Of a stretch of DNA of 32,000 nucleotides, positions 1-7,437 are shown piece after piece. Every line of letters begins with the position of its first letter. The stretch's first letter is position 1. The position numbers and the translations under genes are program-made. The notes under the pieces were generated by a model that had not been told where the DNA came from, searched no databases, and saw only the letters and a program-made list of their open reading frames with translations. Location: positions 149,789-181,788 of the forward strand of contig JAMWCX010000001.1 of assembly GCA_023818895.1 (NCBI GenBank), written 5' to 3'. This DNA is from Candidatus Omnitrophota bacterium. GTDB lineage: Bacteria; Omnitrophota; Gorgyraeia; 2-01-FULL-45-10.

Positions 1-127
1 CCCCTTTTCATCCGATGCGCATATCGATATCTGTAACTTTTATTACTTATTACGCCCTTCTATTCCGCACCCTCCTATATCCCATTGCGATGATCGCTCC
101 TACGAGCCCCACGACCGTCGCCGGCTC
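1..127. repeat. 127-nt perfect repeat (partner 1795-1921) covering the PEP-CTERM tail, stop codon and 3' flank of two different genes
   Basis: Window positions 1-127 read identically to 1795-1921 (ccccttttcatccgatgcgcatatcg...gtcgccggctc). The two sequences diverge immediately upstream in both genes. Confidence 0.9.
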
Positions 128-1129
128 CGGAACAGGTTCTCCTTCGAGCCCGCTTCCCAACTTGATATAGTACCTACCGTTATAAGTCCATGAATCTCCA
201 ATATCATAGCCGGTGTCTCCGGGAAGGGTGCCGGAGAGGTAGCGCCAGGTGACATTGTCTATCGCCACTTCTCCAGAGCCTGCAACGTAAAGGTCAGTCA
301 ACTGCTTTATCTGGCTTGTGGTGTAGTTTAAATCTAAATCAGGAATAGCCGTAGTAATATGCTCAAAATCCTCAATACCTTTTCCAGCCATTCCTAAGTT
401 ATAGATAGCCGCAACTTCGTTCGCATCCAATGCTCTATTCCATATAGCAACGTCGTCAACAGTGCCATCAAAACCGTAATTTTGGCGGCCAATCTTAAAT
501 CCACCCACCCACCAATCATGTGTGGAATAATTAAAAGTGGCTGAATCTGTTTCAATTAAGCCGTTTGGCCCATAAATATATGTTTTCTTATCTGGTTTAT
601 TAAAGGTTAAGGCAGTAAAATACCAAGTATCTGCGCTCCAACTGGTTTGAGTGCTTAATAGATCGTTATGCGTATAAGGATATGAATTGGAATAATGATT
701 CAATTTGCCATCACCATAATAATTAAGCGACATATTTACAGTACTATATAAAAACAGGCCTATGCCGCCTGTCTGCGAAGATGAATCAATAGTTACATCC
801 GGCTTAAACCAAAGGGTAACGGTATAAGTTGATGAATAGCTTTGTCCGCCAAGCGCCTGTGTAATATAGCTGTTATTGGGAACTTCAATATAAGAACTGT
901 TTCCTTCTCCTGTGAAGTTATATGCCTGTCCGATTTTGCCTGTAACCACGCTTGCGTTATTTACCGAACCAACCTGCGAATGGCCGGTAGAATCGCTAGC
1001 ATCGCCGTCGAGCTTCCAATAGGTCATTAGCGAGTTCTCGTAGGCAGCATGAGCTCTTGTAGCGCAGAATGCACTTATAACAAGTACAAGTATAAGAACC
1101 ACTGATCGTAAATTTGTAGATATTTTCAT
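50..1129 (-). CDS. Secreted LamG/concanavalin-A-like lectin-fold protein with PEP-CTERM sorting signal
   Basis: 359-aa ORF with a signal peptide (MKISTNLRSVVLILVLVISAFCATRAHA). LamG-type motifs are present (YWKLDGDASDSTGH near the N-terminus, DDVAIWNRAL near the end of the fold). The C-terminus PVPEPATVVGLVGAIIAMGYRRVRNRRA gives the PEP motif, a TM helix and a basic tail. The ATG at 1129 is preceded by AAGGTAGG. Confidence 0.85.
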   Translation of the reverse strand: MKISTNLRSVVLILVLVISAFCATRAHAAYENSLMTYWKLDGDASDSTGHSQVGSVNNASVVTGKIGQAYNFTGEGNSSYIEVPNNSYITQALGGQSYSSTYTVTLWFKPDVTIDSSSQTGGIGLFLYSTVNMSLNYYGDGKLNHYSNSYPYTHNDLLSTQTSWSADTWYFTALTFNKPDKKTYIYGPNGLIETDSATFNYSTHDWWVGGFKIGRQNYGFDGTVDDVAIWNRALDANEVAAIYNLGMAGKGIEDFEHITTAIPDLDLNYTTSQIKQLTDLYVAGSGEVAIDNVTWRYLSGTLPGDTGYDIGDSWTYNGRYYIKLGSGLEGEPVPEPATVVGLVGAIIAMGYRRVRNRRA

Positions 1130-1156
1130 GACAACCTACCTTTATATCTGGAAACC

Positions 1157-1190
1157 AAAAATCCCGACCTCCTACTCAGGAAATCGGGAT
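1157..1190 (-). terminator. Intrinsic terminator forming the expression platform of leader copy A
   Basis: The minus strand reads TCCCGATTTCC-TGAGT-AGGAGGTCGGGA followed by TTTTT. The stem is about 11 bp including G-U pairs. It lies between the aptamer and the start codon at 1129. Confidence 0.7.
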
Positions 1191-1196
1191 GCGCAA

Positions 1197-1370
1197 AGCT
1201 TTACGTTAGCTTTAAACGGCAACTGGCTGGCGTGCGATATTCTGCGACGCCCCTATAGCTTTGCTACGGCCTTTAAGTTTTCTTCAGGCCGCAGTCCTGA
1301 GCAATGTCCTAAGTTACATCGACGGACATTGCCGAAGAACGCCCCGCCCTTTCGGGAGGTTTGCGATTAG
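1197..1370 (-). promoter_or_regulatory. GEMM-I (c-di-GMP-I)-like riboswitch leader, copy A, with a 76-nt insertion in the aptamer core
   Basis: The minus strand reads CTAATCGCAAACCTCCCGAAAGGGCGGGGC-[76 nt, 1265-1340]-GCAAAGCTATAGGGGCGTCGCAGAATATCGCACGCCAGCCAGTTGCCGTTTAAAGCTAACGTAAAGCT. It has the same modules as copies B-D, except for the insertion between the first hairpin and GCAAAGC. Confidence 0.6.
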
Positions 1371-1392
1371 TTACTTTCTTTTTTCTACAAAG

Positions 1393-1420
1393 AGTATACC
1401 TGATTCTGATAAATAGTCAA
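1393..1420 (-). promoter_or_regulatory. Sigma70-like promoter for leader A (TTGACT-N16-TATACT)
   Basis: The minus strand reads TTGACT (1420-1415), a 16-nt spacer, then TATACT (1398-1393). It sits about 25 nt upstream of the aptamer. The same architecture occurs at the same relative position in all four copies. Confidence 0.55.
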
Positions 1421-1512
1421 TAAAGAATAACTAACTTTTTTATTTTCAATTCTGCATTACTCATATTTTAAAATGGTGATAGGTATATAAGATTCGATTC
1501 GGCTGCTTGCTA

Positions 1513-1731
1513 CTATTGTAGCTCGATTATTTTGATCCTGGAGGCGTGTCCCTTTGCGATGCGTATCCTGCTCTTGGGAATGCCGAAGTACCCGCTTAAT
1601 GCCGCTATGACCGCCTCGTTGGCCCTGCCCTCTTTGGCTGGCGCATTGACACGGACGACGAACTCGTTATCGCTTATCTTTTCCACGACCTCAGCCTTCG
1701 AATTGGGTTTGACTTTCACGGATATCCGCAT
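1513..1731 (-). CDS. DUF167 / YggU-family small protein
   Basis: 72-aa ORF, MRISVKVKPNSKAEVVEKISDNEFVVRVNAPAKEGRANEAVIAALSGYFGIPKSRIRIAKGHASRIKIIEL. This is the typical YggU/UPF0235 pattern (V.V.P.....v........v.v.ap..G.AN..li..La....v.k..i.i..G..sr.K.v.i). Confidence 0.75.
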   Translation of the reverse strand: MRISVKVKPNSKAEVVEKISDNEFVVRVNAPAKEGRANEAVIAALSGYFGIPKSRIRIAKGHASRIKIIELQ

Positions 1732-1787
1732 AGCAAAAGTATAACATAAAAAGTCAAAAAAGTGACCACCACTTTCTAATAAAATAA

Positions 1788-1816
1788 ATGCGCACCCCTT
1801 TTCATCCGATGCGCAT
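1788..1816 (-). terminator. Candidate terminator hairpin downstream of the 1844-2932 gene
   Basis: The minus strand reads ATGCGCA-(15-nt loop)-TGCGCAT followed by TTATTTTATT. The loop is large, so support is only moderate. A truncated copy sits at the window start. Confidence 0.35.
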
Positions 1817-1921
1817 ATCGATATCTGTAACTTTTATTACTTATTACGCCCTTCTATTCCGCACCCTCCTATATCCCATTGCGATGATCGCTCCTACGAG
1901 CCCCACGACCGTCGCCGGCTC
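1795..1921. repeat. 127-nt perfect repeat, partner of 1-127
   Basis: Identical to 1-127. It covers the last about 26 codons (PEPATVVGLVGAIIAMGYRRVRNRRA), the stop codon and the 3' flank. Confidence 0.9.
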
Positions 1922-2932
1922 AGGGACGCCGCCTTCCGGCCCATACATGATCACGGGGCCAAAACCCTTAGATCCATCAAAACTGATGCGTGACCAGCTT
2001 GTGCCGTCATACTTCGAAACCAGGCCATAAGACCACGATCCGCTTCCTACTCCGGATGCATATACGTTGCCCGCATCATCGGCTGTCAAGCTGTTGATCC
2101 ATAAATAAAGGCTGTTGTCGAAACCTGTCTCCACCCAGCTTGTGCCGCCAAGATATTTGAAAACGTACTCAGTCCCGTAACCGCTTCCCGCTGCAAATAG
2201 ATCACCGTCGCTGTCCATGGCAAGGCCCATGATGACCCATGTATGAGGGCTATTATTGTATATGGACGTCCATGCGGTTCCTCCGTCGTATTTACTGATC
2301 TTCCCGTAGCTTCTCGAAGTATCTATACCATACACATACAAAGTATTAGTAGCTTGCGCGACCCACAGGTTAGAGTCGGAATACCCGCTCACACCCATAT
2401 CTGTCCAGCTCGTCCCGCCGTTCCACACGCGAACGCCATAGTTCTGATTGCCGCCCGCATAAAGGTTGCCGTTGTAGACCGCAAGGCCTGTTATAACCTC
2501 AGGCGAATTGAACCCGATATAATCCCAATTCGTTCCGCCCGTATATTTATAGACACCGGCGTAGTTATATCCGCCTGCATAAAGCGTTCCGTTTCCGTAC
2601 GCGAGGGTATTTATGTTGGTAACGCTGGTAAGGCCCAGAGATGTCCACGCCGTTCCGTCATATTTATAGACGCCGCCTCCTCCGAGGCCGGCAACGTAAA
2701 GATTGCCCGAATCATCCTTTACTATAGAACGGACCTCGCTTATCGCAGTCAGGCGAGGATCGGTCGGCGTCCAGTTAGATCCATCATACACATATATTTC
2801 ATTTGTGGCCCCCATATATAGTTGTTCGACATGGTCGGCGTAGATTTCCTGTGTTACAACGATAGAAAGCACCAACACCAGGAAAGTCGGTATAGTTATG
2901 CTCAGCAATTTCTTTAAGATTTGCGGCTTCAT
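1844..2932 (-). CDS. PEP-CTERM-anchored beta-propeller-type repeat protein
   Basis: 362 aa with an N-terminal hydrophobic signal/anchor (LLSITIPTFLVLVLSIVV). It has about 6-7 degenerate repeats of the type LYAGG...GVYKYDG(T)xW(T). The C-terminus is PEGGVPEPATVVGLVGAIIAMGYRRVRNRRA. Confidence 0.8.
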   Translation of the reverse strand: MKPQILKKLLSITIPTFLVLVLSIVVTQEIYADHVEQLYMGATNEIYVYDGSNWTPTDPRLTAISEVRSIVKDDSGNLYVAGLGGGGVYKYDGTAWTSLGLTSVTNINTLAYGNGTLYAGGYNYAGVYKYTGGTNWDYIGFNSPEVITGLAVYNGNLYAGGNQNYGVRVWNGGTSWTDMGVSGYSDSNLWVAQATNTLYVYGIDTSRSYGKISKYDGGTAWTSIYNNSPHTWVIMGLAMDSDGDLFAAGSGYGTEYVFKYLGGTSWVETGFDNSLYLWINSLTADDAGNVYASGVGSGSWSYGLVSKYDGTSWSRISFDGSKGFGPVIMYGPEGGVPEPATVVGLVGAIIAMGYRRVRNRRA

Positions 2933-2992
2933 AATATCACCAGATAAAATAATTTAACCCCTCTCTCGCGATTAGGAAGCTTTTCAATTATC

Positions 2993-4071
2993 TTATTTTT
3001 TTCTCCTCAAAGAACGCTTTATTCCAAACAGCGCCAAAGCGCTGAATAAGCCGATTACAGAAGCAGGCTCGGGGACACCGCCTTCCGGTTCTCCCTCCAA
3101 GCCGCTTCCCAGCTTGATGTAATACTTGCCACCTTAGGTCCAGGAATCTCCGATGTTGTAGCCGGTGTCTCCGGGAAGGTTGCCGGAGAGGTAGCGCCAG
3201 GTGATGCCGCCTATCTCCACTGAGCCCGTCTGAGCCGCGTAAAGGTCCGCGAGGGCACCGATGGCGTCTGTGTCATATACGTCCTGGCTGAAACCGAGGG
3301 TGTCCGCCTATCAGGCCTTCGTTGTAGAGGTGCGTTATCTGGGCGGAGGTCAAGGCGCTGCTCCAAACGGATACCTCATCAATCGAGTCGTCCCATGACC
3401 ATCTGCCGCCGGCATTATTGCTTCCTATTTCAAACGGATCCGTTCCCCTGATATCCTGGTTATTCAAAGTATTAGAATTTATTACTGTGCTTCTCTCCGT
3501 ACCATCTATGTATATCTTCAAACCGGTTGGACTGGAGGGATAATTCACGCCATCGTAAGTGCCCATAATGAAGTGCCAGTTTAAATCATCAAGAGAAGTG
3601 TCCGTGGTGATCTCCCTGAGCACGTATTGTCCGTATTGGCCTGTGTAAAGCATAAATACTACAGTTTCATTGTAATAATACATTTCATATCCTCTCAAAT
3701 AATACTTTCCAAGCAGCGCCCTTTCTCCTGTGGTAGCCGGGTTTGTGGTCTTAAACCACCCCCCCTATGCTGAAGGCATTATTGTAATTGAATGTCAGAT
3801 TGGATTTATTACCGACCTGAATATCGCTGTTGGTGCCGTTAAAGGCATAAGCGGTTCCTACTTTACCAGATGTGGTCAAAGTCGCATCGACCGTCAGGCT
3901 GTTGCTATCCTTCGAATCTCCCGTAGGACCGAGAGGATTTGCGGAGTCGAATTGCCAATAACTCACAAGGGAAGAATCTTCGTACACGCTTGCGCCAAAC
4001 CCTGTCCCTTCGCCCAGCACAAGGAGCACTATCGTTATTCCGATAATCAGTGACGCGCGTAGAGGTCTCAT
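2993..4071 (-). pseudogene. Decayed LamG/PEP-CTERM paralog (two frameshifts and one nonsense codon)
   Basis: Three ORF fragments in different frames (3751-4071, 3273-3698, 2993-about 3300) are collinear with the intact paralog at 18295-19359. There is a frameshift at a G7 run (plus-strand C7 at 3759-3765). An 11-nt deletion relative to the paralog lies at about 3303/3304. An in-frame TAA at 3134-3136 replaces the Tyr of SWTYNGRYYIKLGSG. The PEP-CTERM tail (VPEPASVIGLFSALALFGIKRSLRRKK) is still readable. Confidence 0.8.
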
Positions 4072-7000
4072 TTTAGCATTCTCGTTCTCCTGATCCTCCT
4101 CCACCCTACTATAATAAAAGCTCCCATAATCCCCACAACCGTCGCCGGCTCAGGGATTTCGCCGCCCGTCCCATAATTAAGAAATACATCCGTTCCACTC
4201 TTGGACATGCTCCATCCGGTAGCTGGTTGCCCTCCGCTAAACTGCAGCGTGAAATCATTCCAAGTCGGGATGCTGCCGGCGCTTATCACTATAAAGCTTG
4301 ACCCAATCTGGGGTAAGAAATTATCAAGATAACTGATCTCGAGGATAGCGCCGGGGTTGACGGAGAGCATGCCCGTTACATTTATCCAGTCCCATCCGGG
4401 ATCGGCGCCTTTTCCACCTATGATATCGGAATTTATCTCCCAGAGATAGATGCTGTTCTCATCGAAGGTAAGATTGGTAAATGTCTGTGTTCCAGGAGAA
4501 TCGCCCGGCGAAAGAATACCGCCAGCCGGAATCGTTACCGCAGTATCTAATTCTCCGACACCTTTCAACATACCCCCCATCATAGTGAATGAGGGCCCTG
4601 AGAACGTCCCTGCTAGATCAAAAGTCCCGCCATCCATGATAAAATCCCCTGTGCCGGAGATGTCCGTGGCGTGGAGTATACCACCGTTCATATCAAAAGT
4701 GCCATTGTCACCAATTACCATCTCCCCCACCGTCAATATCTTCTGATCCTCGAGCGTATATGAGGCCGTTTCAGTGCTCGTTCCGATCTTTAACGAAGCA
4801 AACTCAAGATCGCTTTGCGTATTTAGCGCGTAGTCTGTTCCGCGTATGTCGATCGTGCCGTTGGAACCATCAAGGGTGTTCGCATAGAGAGTGCCTCCTA
4901 ATATTCTGTAGGTTCCGCCTGCGCCTATTATCATCGTAACGATAGGGTTATCTTCGGTGCCGACCTGCGCATCGGCGCTCTGTACAAATGTTCCTGTGCC
5001 GCCACTTCCGATATTGATAGTATTGGCGGTAAGCGACCCGTATACACGAAAACTACCAACCGCGGAATCTCCAATATAGAGCGTAGCCAAATCGATATTA
5101 GAGCCGCTTCCGCTAAGGAGCAGGCCGCCATTAATTGAGATACTGCCACCGGAGATACTGCCGTCAGATATTGATAATACGCCGCCGTTAAGGTCGTAGT
5201 TACTGTTCAGATTCATGACGCCGTTCGGCAGTGAGACACTATAGTTATTCTGTATTACGTCTCTATTCACATTTATATAATTAGCGGCGATGTTGCCAGG
5301 AACCGTGAAAGAACAGGATCCGTAGCTTAAGGTAAGCGTATCGAGGTACGCATTATCAAAAGTTAAGGCAATGCCGCTAGTATCGTTTAGCGTACCCTGT
5401 CGCGTGGAAGATGTATTGATAGTGCCAGCGGCAAGCCAACTGCCAGAAATCGCCAATTCGACGCCGCTGCCGATTGTGATGGTATTGGCGCTTACGCCAT
5501 TGTACAGGGTAAGTGGGCTATTAACATTCAGAGTGTCAACCTTCATCGTGTGTCCTAAAGAAAGAGATCCTCCGTTATATGTATATGTTCCTTGGTTATC
5601 CCCAAAAGGATTTATGCCGCCACCTATACTGACCGAGTGACCGGACTGAATGACTTCGCTACCGATGCCTATTGCCATATTACCCGTGCTTATATCGCAC
5701 GGTACCTCTAAAGTGAGGTTATCGCCGATGGTAAAATTGGCCATATCGCTTATGCGGCCATTTGGTACGCTGATACTGCCACCATTGTAATAGAAGTTGC
5801 TGCCGGAGCTGCCTACAATGCCATTTTGCCCTGATACTGTCAAATCACCGCTCTGGAGATCGTAGTAACCTGCGTTCAGAGTCATATCACCTTCGACTGT
5901 GACGGTATCGTTTTGCGTAAAAGCCCCCTCTATGTACAAATAGGTGGCGTTGATAGACTGATCCGTTTTTTGGTCAAAATATACTCCTGAGCCGATATTA
6001 AATGTGCCGACATCGATGGTGGCGGCGTTCACGCTGGCCGAATTACCTGTAATAGCGAAAGTCCCGCTTCCGCTTATACTGCCCGTGCTCAATGCGCCGG
6101 CGTATAAGGTATAGGTCGAGCCTGACGCTATGCCCAGGGTGTTTTCTATCGTCACATCGTCCTGCTGGGTAAAGCTGCTGACAGTAATTCCATTGCCGAT
6201 GCTCATATTACCAGCCGTGATGGTTTGACCTGAATTTTGTGTAAAACTCACACCCTCGCTGCTTTCGCCCCAGCCAATATTAAGGTTATCAACATCCATA
6301 GTGGTCCACGTGCCAGACATTGTGCCTCCGTCAATATTTAGCGTTCCCGTACCGGGTCCGTTTCCGATTGAGTCGTTTACGGTAAGCACTCCGCCTTGTA
6401 AAGTATATATACCCTCGTAATTTTCCGCCATTCCGATATTGAGCTTATTTATCGTGTTGCTGCCGCCATACTGGATGAACCTCCCATAGGCGCCGAGGCC
6501 TATGTTCTCCGTATCGCCGCTTATGGTTATGCCGGGGCCTATCGCGAGCTCACCGTCATTGATATTACCGACATTCAGCGTTGTGCCGCTAATGGAACCT
6601 CCGGCGATTGTGATATAGGGCGTTGTAGTGTTGACGTTAAATGTGCTTGTGCCCGAACCGCTCGTAACATTTCTCCCGACATATAGAGTGCCTCCGTTGT
6701 AATCATATGTTCCGGATGAGCCTTCATTGACGCCCATGGCGAGGTCGCCGGATACAGTCAGTATTCCCGCCGACTGGGAAATTGTCCCTGTGCCTGAATT
6801 GCCGATGGTCAGGCCGCCGGTTGTTATGCTGATAGTCCCGTCGTAATTAAACTGGCCAGTGTAGCCGGCGCCATCGCCTACGGATAATGAGGATAACTCA
6901 AGCGACGAGCTAAAGGGTATGGTATAGGATCCTGTAGTATCGATGACAAGCCCTCCATAGAGATTAACAGAGGGAGACGCTATTGTAATGCTGGCTCCGG

Positions 7001-7433
7001 ATCCCTGCAGCCGAAGCTCTCCAAAAATATCGAGTCCTTGCGATGAGCAATAAACCTGCGAATTTTTGTTTAAAACGAGATTGTAAGCAGTGCACGACCC
7101 CCACCCATAGCTTGAAAATGCCCCCAATCCATAATTATCTGCGATAGTAATGGTAGTGCCGTTATCTGCGTAAAACTCCCACGGGTATGCCCAGTCTCTA
7201 ATTATAACCGAGGCACTAAACACGGCCATATCATGATAATCATCATAGGGAATTCCATAATCCCAATTGTTAGGATTATCGTAATAAGGGTCTTCGTATG
7301 CATAAAAATGATGCACGCAATGTTCATCATCTCCCCACGCGGGCGAAGAAGCGACACAGGCTATAATCGCGCATACCACAAGTCTCGCCATTAAATTATC
7401 TAGATGCACCTTTTGACTAATAAACCTTTTCAT
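4068..7433 (-). CDS. Large (1121 aa) PEP-CTERM surface protein with Gly/Thr/Asn-rich parallel beta-helix (autotransporter-passenger-like) repeats
   Basis: It has a signal peptide (ARLVVCAIIACVASSPAWG). About 900 aa are irregular G-x-(L/I)-x-(I/V) repeats (e.g. GGLTIGNSGTGTISQSAGILTVSGDL, GGVLTVNDSIGNGPGTGTLNIDGGT). The C-terminus is EIPEPATVVGIMGAFIIVGWRRIRRTRMLK. The ATG lies 4 nt after the stop of the upstream gene, and its stop overlaps the next start (ATGA at 4068-4071). Confidence 0.85.
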   Translation of the reverse strand: MKRFISQKVHLDNLMARLVVCAIIACVASSPAWGDDEHCVHHFYAYEDPYYDNPNNWDYGIPYDDYHDMAVFSASVIIRDWAYPWEFYADNGTTITIADNYGLGAFSSYGWGSCTAYNLVLNKNSQVYCSSQGLDIFGELRLQGSGASITIASPSVNLYGGLVIDTTGSYTIPFSSSLELSSLSVGDGAGYTGQFNYDGTISITTGGLTIGNSGTGTISQSAGILTVSGDLAMGVNEGSSGTYDYNGGTLYVGRNVTSGSGTSTFNVNTTTPYITIAGGSISGTTLNVGNINDGELAIGPGITISGDTENIGLGAYGRFIQYGGSNTINKLNIGMAENYEGIYTLQGGVLTVNDSIGNGPGTGTLNIDGGTMSGTWTTMDVDNLNIGWGESSEGVSFTQNSGQTITAGNMSIGNGITVSSFTQQDDVTIENTLGIASGSTYTLYAGALSTGSISGSGTFAITGNSASVNAATIDVGTFNIGSGVYFDQKTDQSINATYLYIEGAFTQNDTVTVEGDMTLNAGYYDLQSGDLTVSGQNGIVGSSGSNFYYNGGSISVPNGRISDMANFTIGDNLTLEVPCDISTGNMAIGIGSEVIQSGHSVSIGGGINPFGDNQGTYTYNGGSLSLGHTMKVDTLNVNSPLTLYNGVSANTITIGSGVELAISGSWLAAGTINTSSTRQGTLNDTSGIALTFDNAYLDTLTLSYGSCSFTVPGNIAANYINVNRDVIQNNYSVSLPNGVMNLNSNYDLNGGVLSISDGSISGGSISINGGLLLSGSGSNIDLATLYIGDSAVGSFRVYGSLTANTINIGSGGTGTFVQSADAQVGTEDNPIVTMIIGAGGTYRILGGTLYANTLDGSNGTIDIRGTDYALNTQSDLEFASLKIGTSTETASYTLEDQKILTVGEMVIGDNGTFDMNGGILHATDISGTGDFIMDGGTFDLAGTFSGPSFTMMGGMLKGVGELDTAVTIPAGGILSPGDSPGTQTFTNLTFDENSIYLWEINSDIIGGKGADPGWDWINVTGMLSVNPGAILEISYLDNFLPQIGSSFIVISAGSIPTWNDFTLQFSGGQPATGWSMSKSGTDVFLNYGTGGEIPEPATVVGIMGAFIIVGWRRIRRTRMLK

Positions 7434-7437
7434 GGGT

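Noticed and set aside
1128-1370. Plus-strand ORFs lying over the conserved leaders and tails (1128-1370, 8552-8740, 21715-21918, 18256-18438, 20462-20680). Some of them share peptide strings such as IPTSYS(E/G)...
   Set aside because: The shared 'peptides' are just translations of the conserved riboswitch/terminator DNA and of the antisense strand of the PEP-CTERM tails. They have no ribosome-binding sites. Conservation follows RNA-stem covariation or the minus-strand reading frame, not these frames.
2933-2992. A possible fifth, truncated riboswitch upstream of 1844-2932, because the minus strand contains CTAATCGCGAGAGAGGGG, resembling the TAATCGC start of the aptamers.
   Set aside because: Only the 7-nt TAATCGC string matches. 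None of the GAAA hairpin, GGGACGCAAAGC or GUUGCCG blocks follow, and there is no terminator. The gene is most likely read through from the upstream operon or from an unrecognised promoter.
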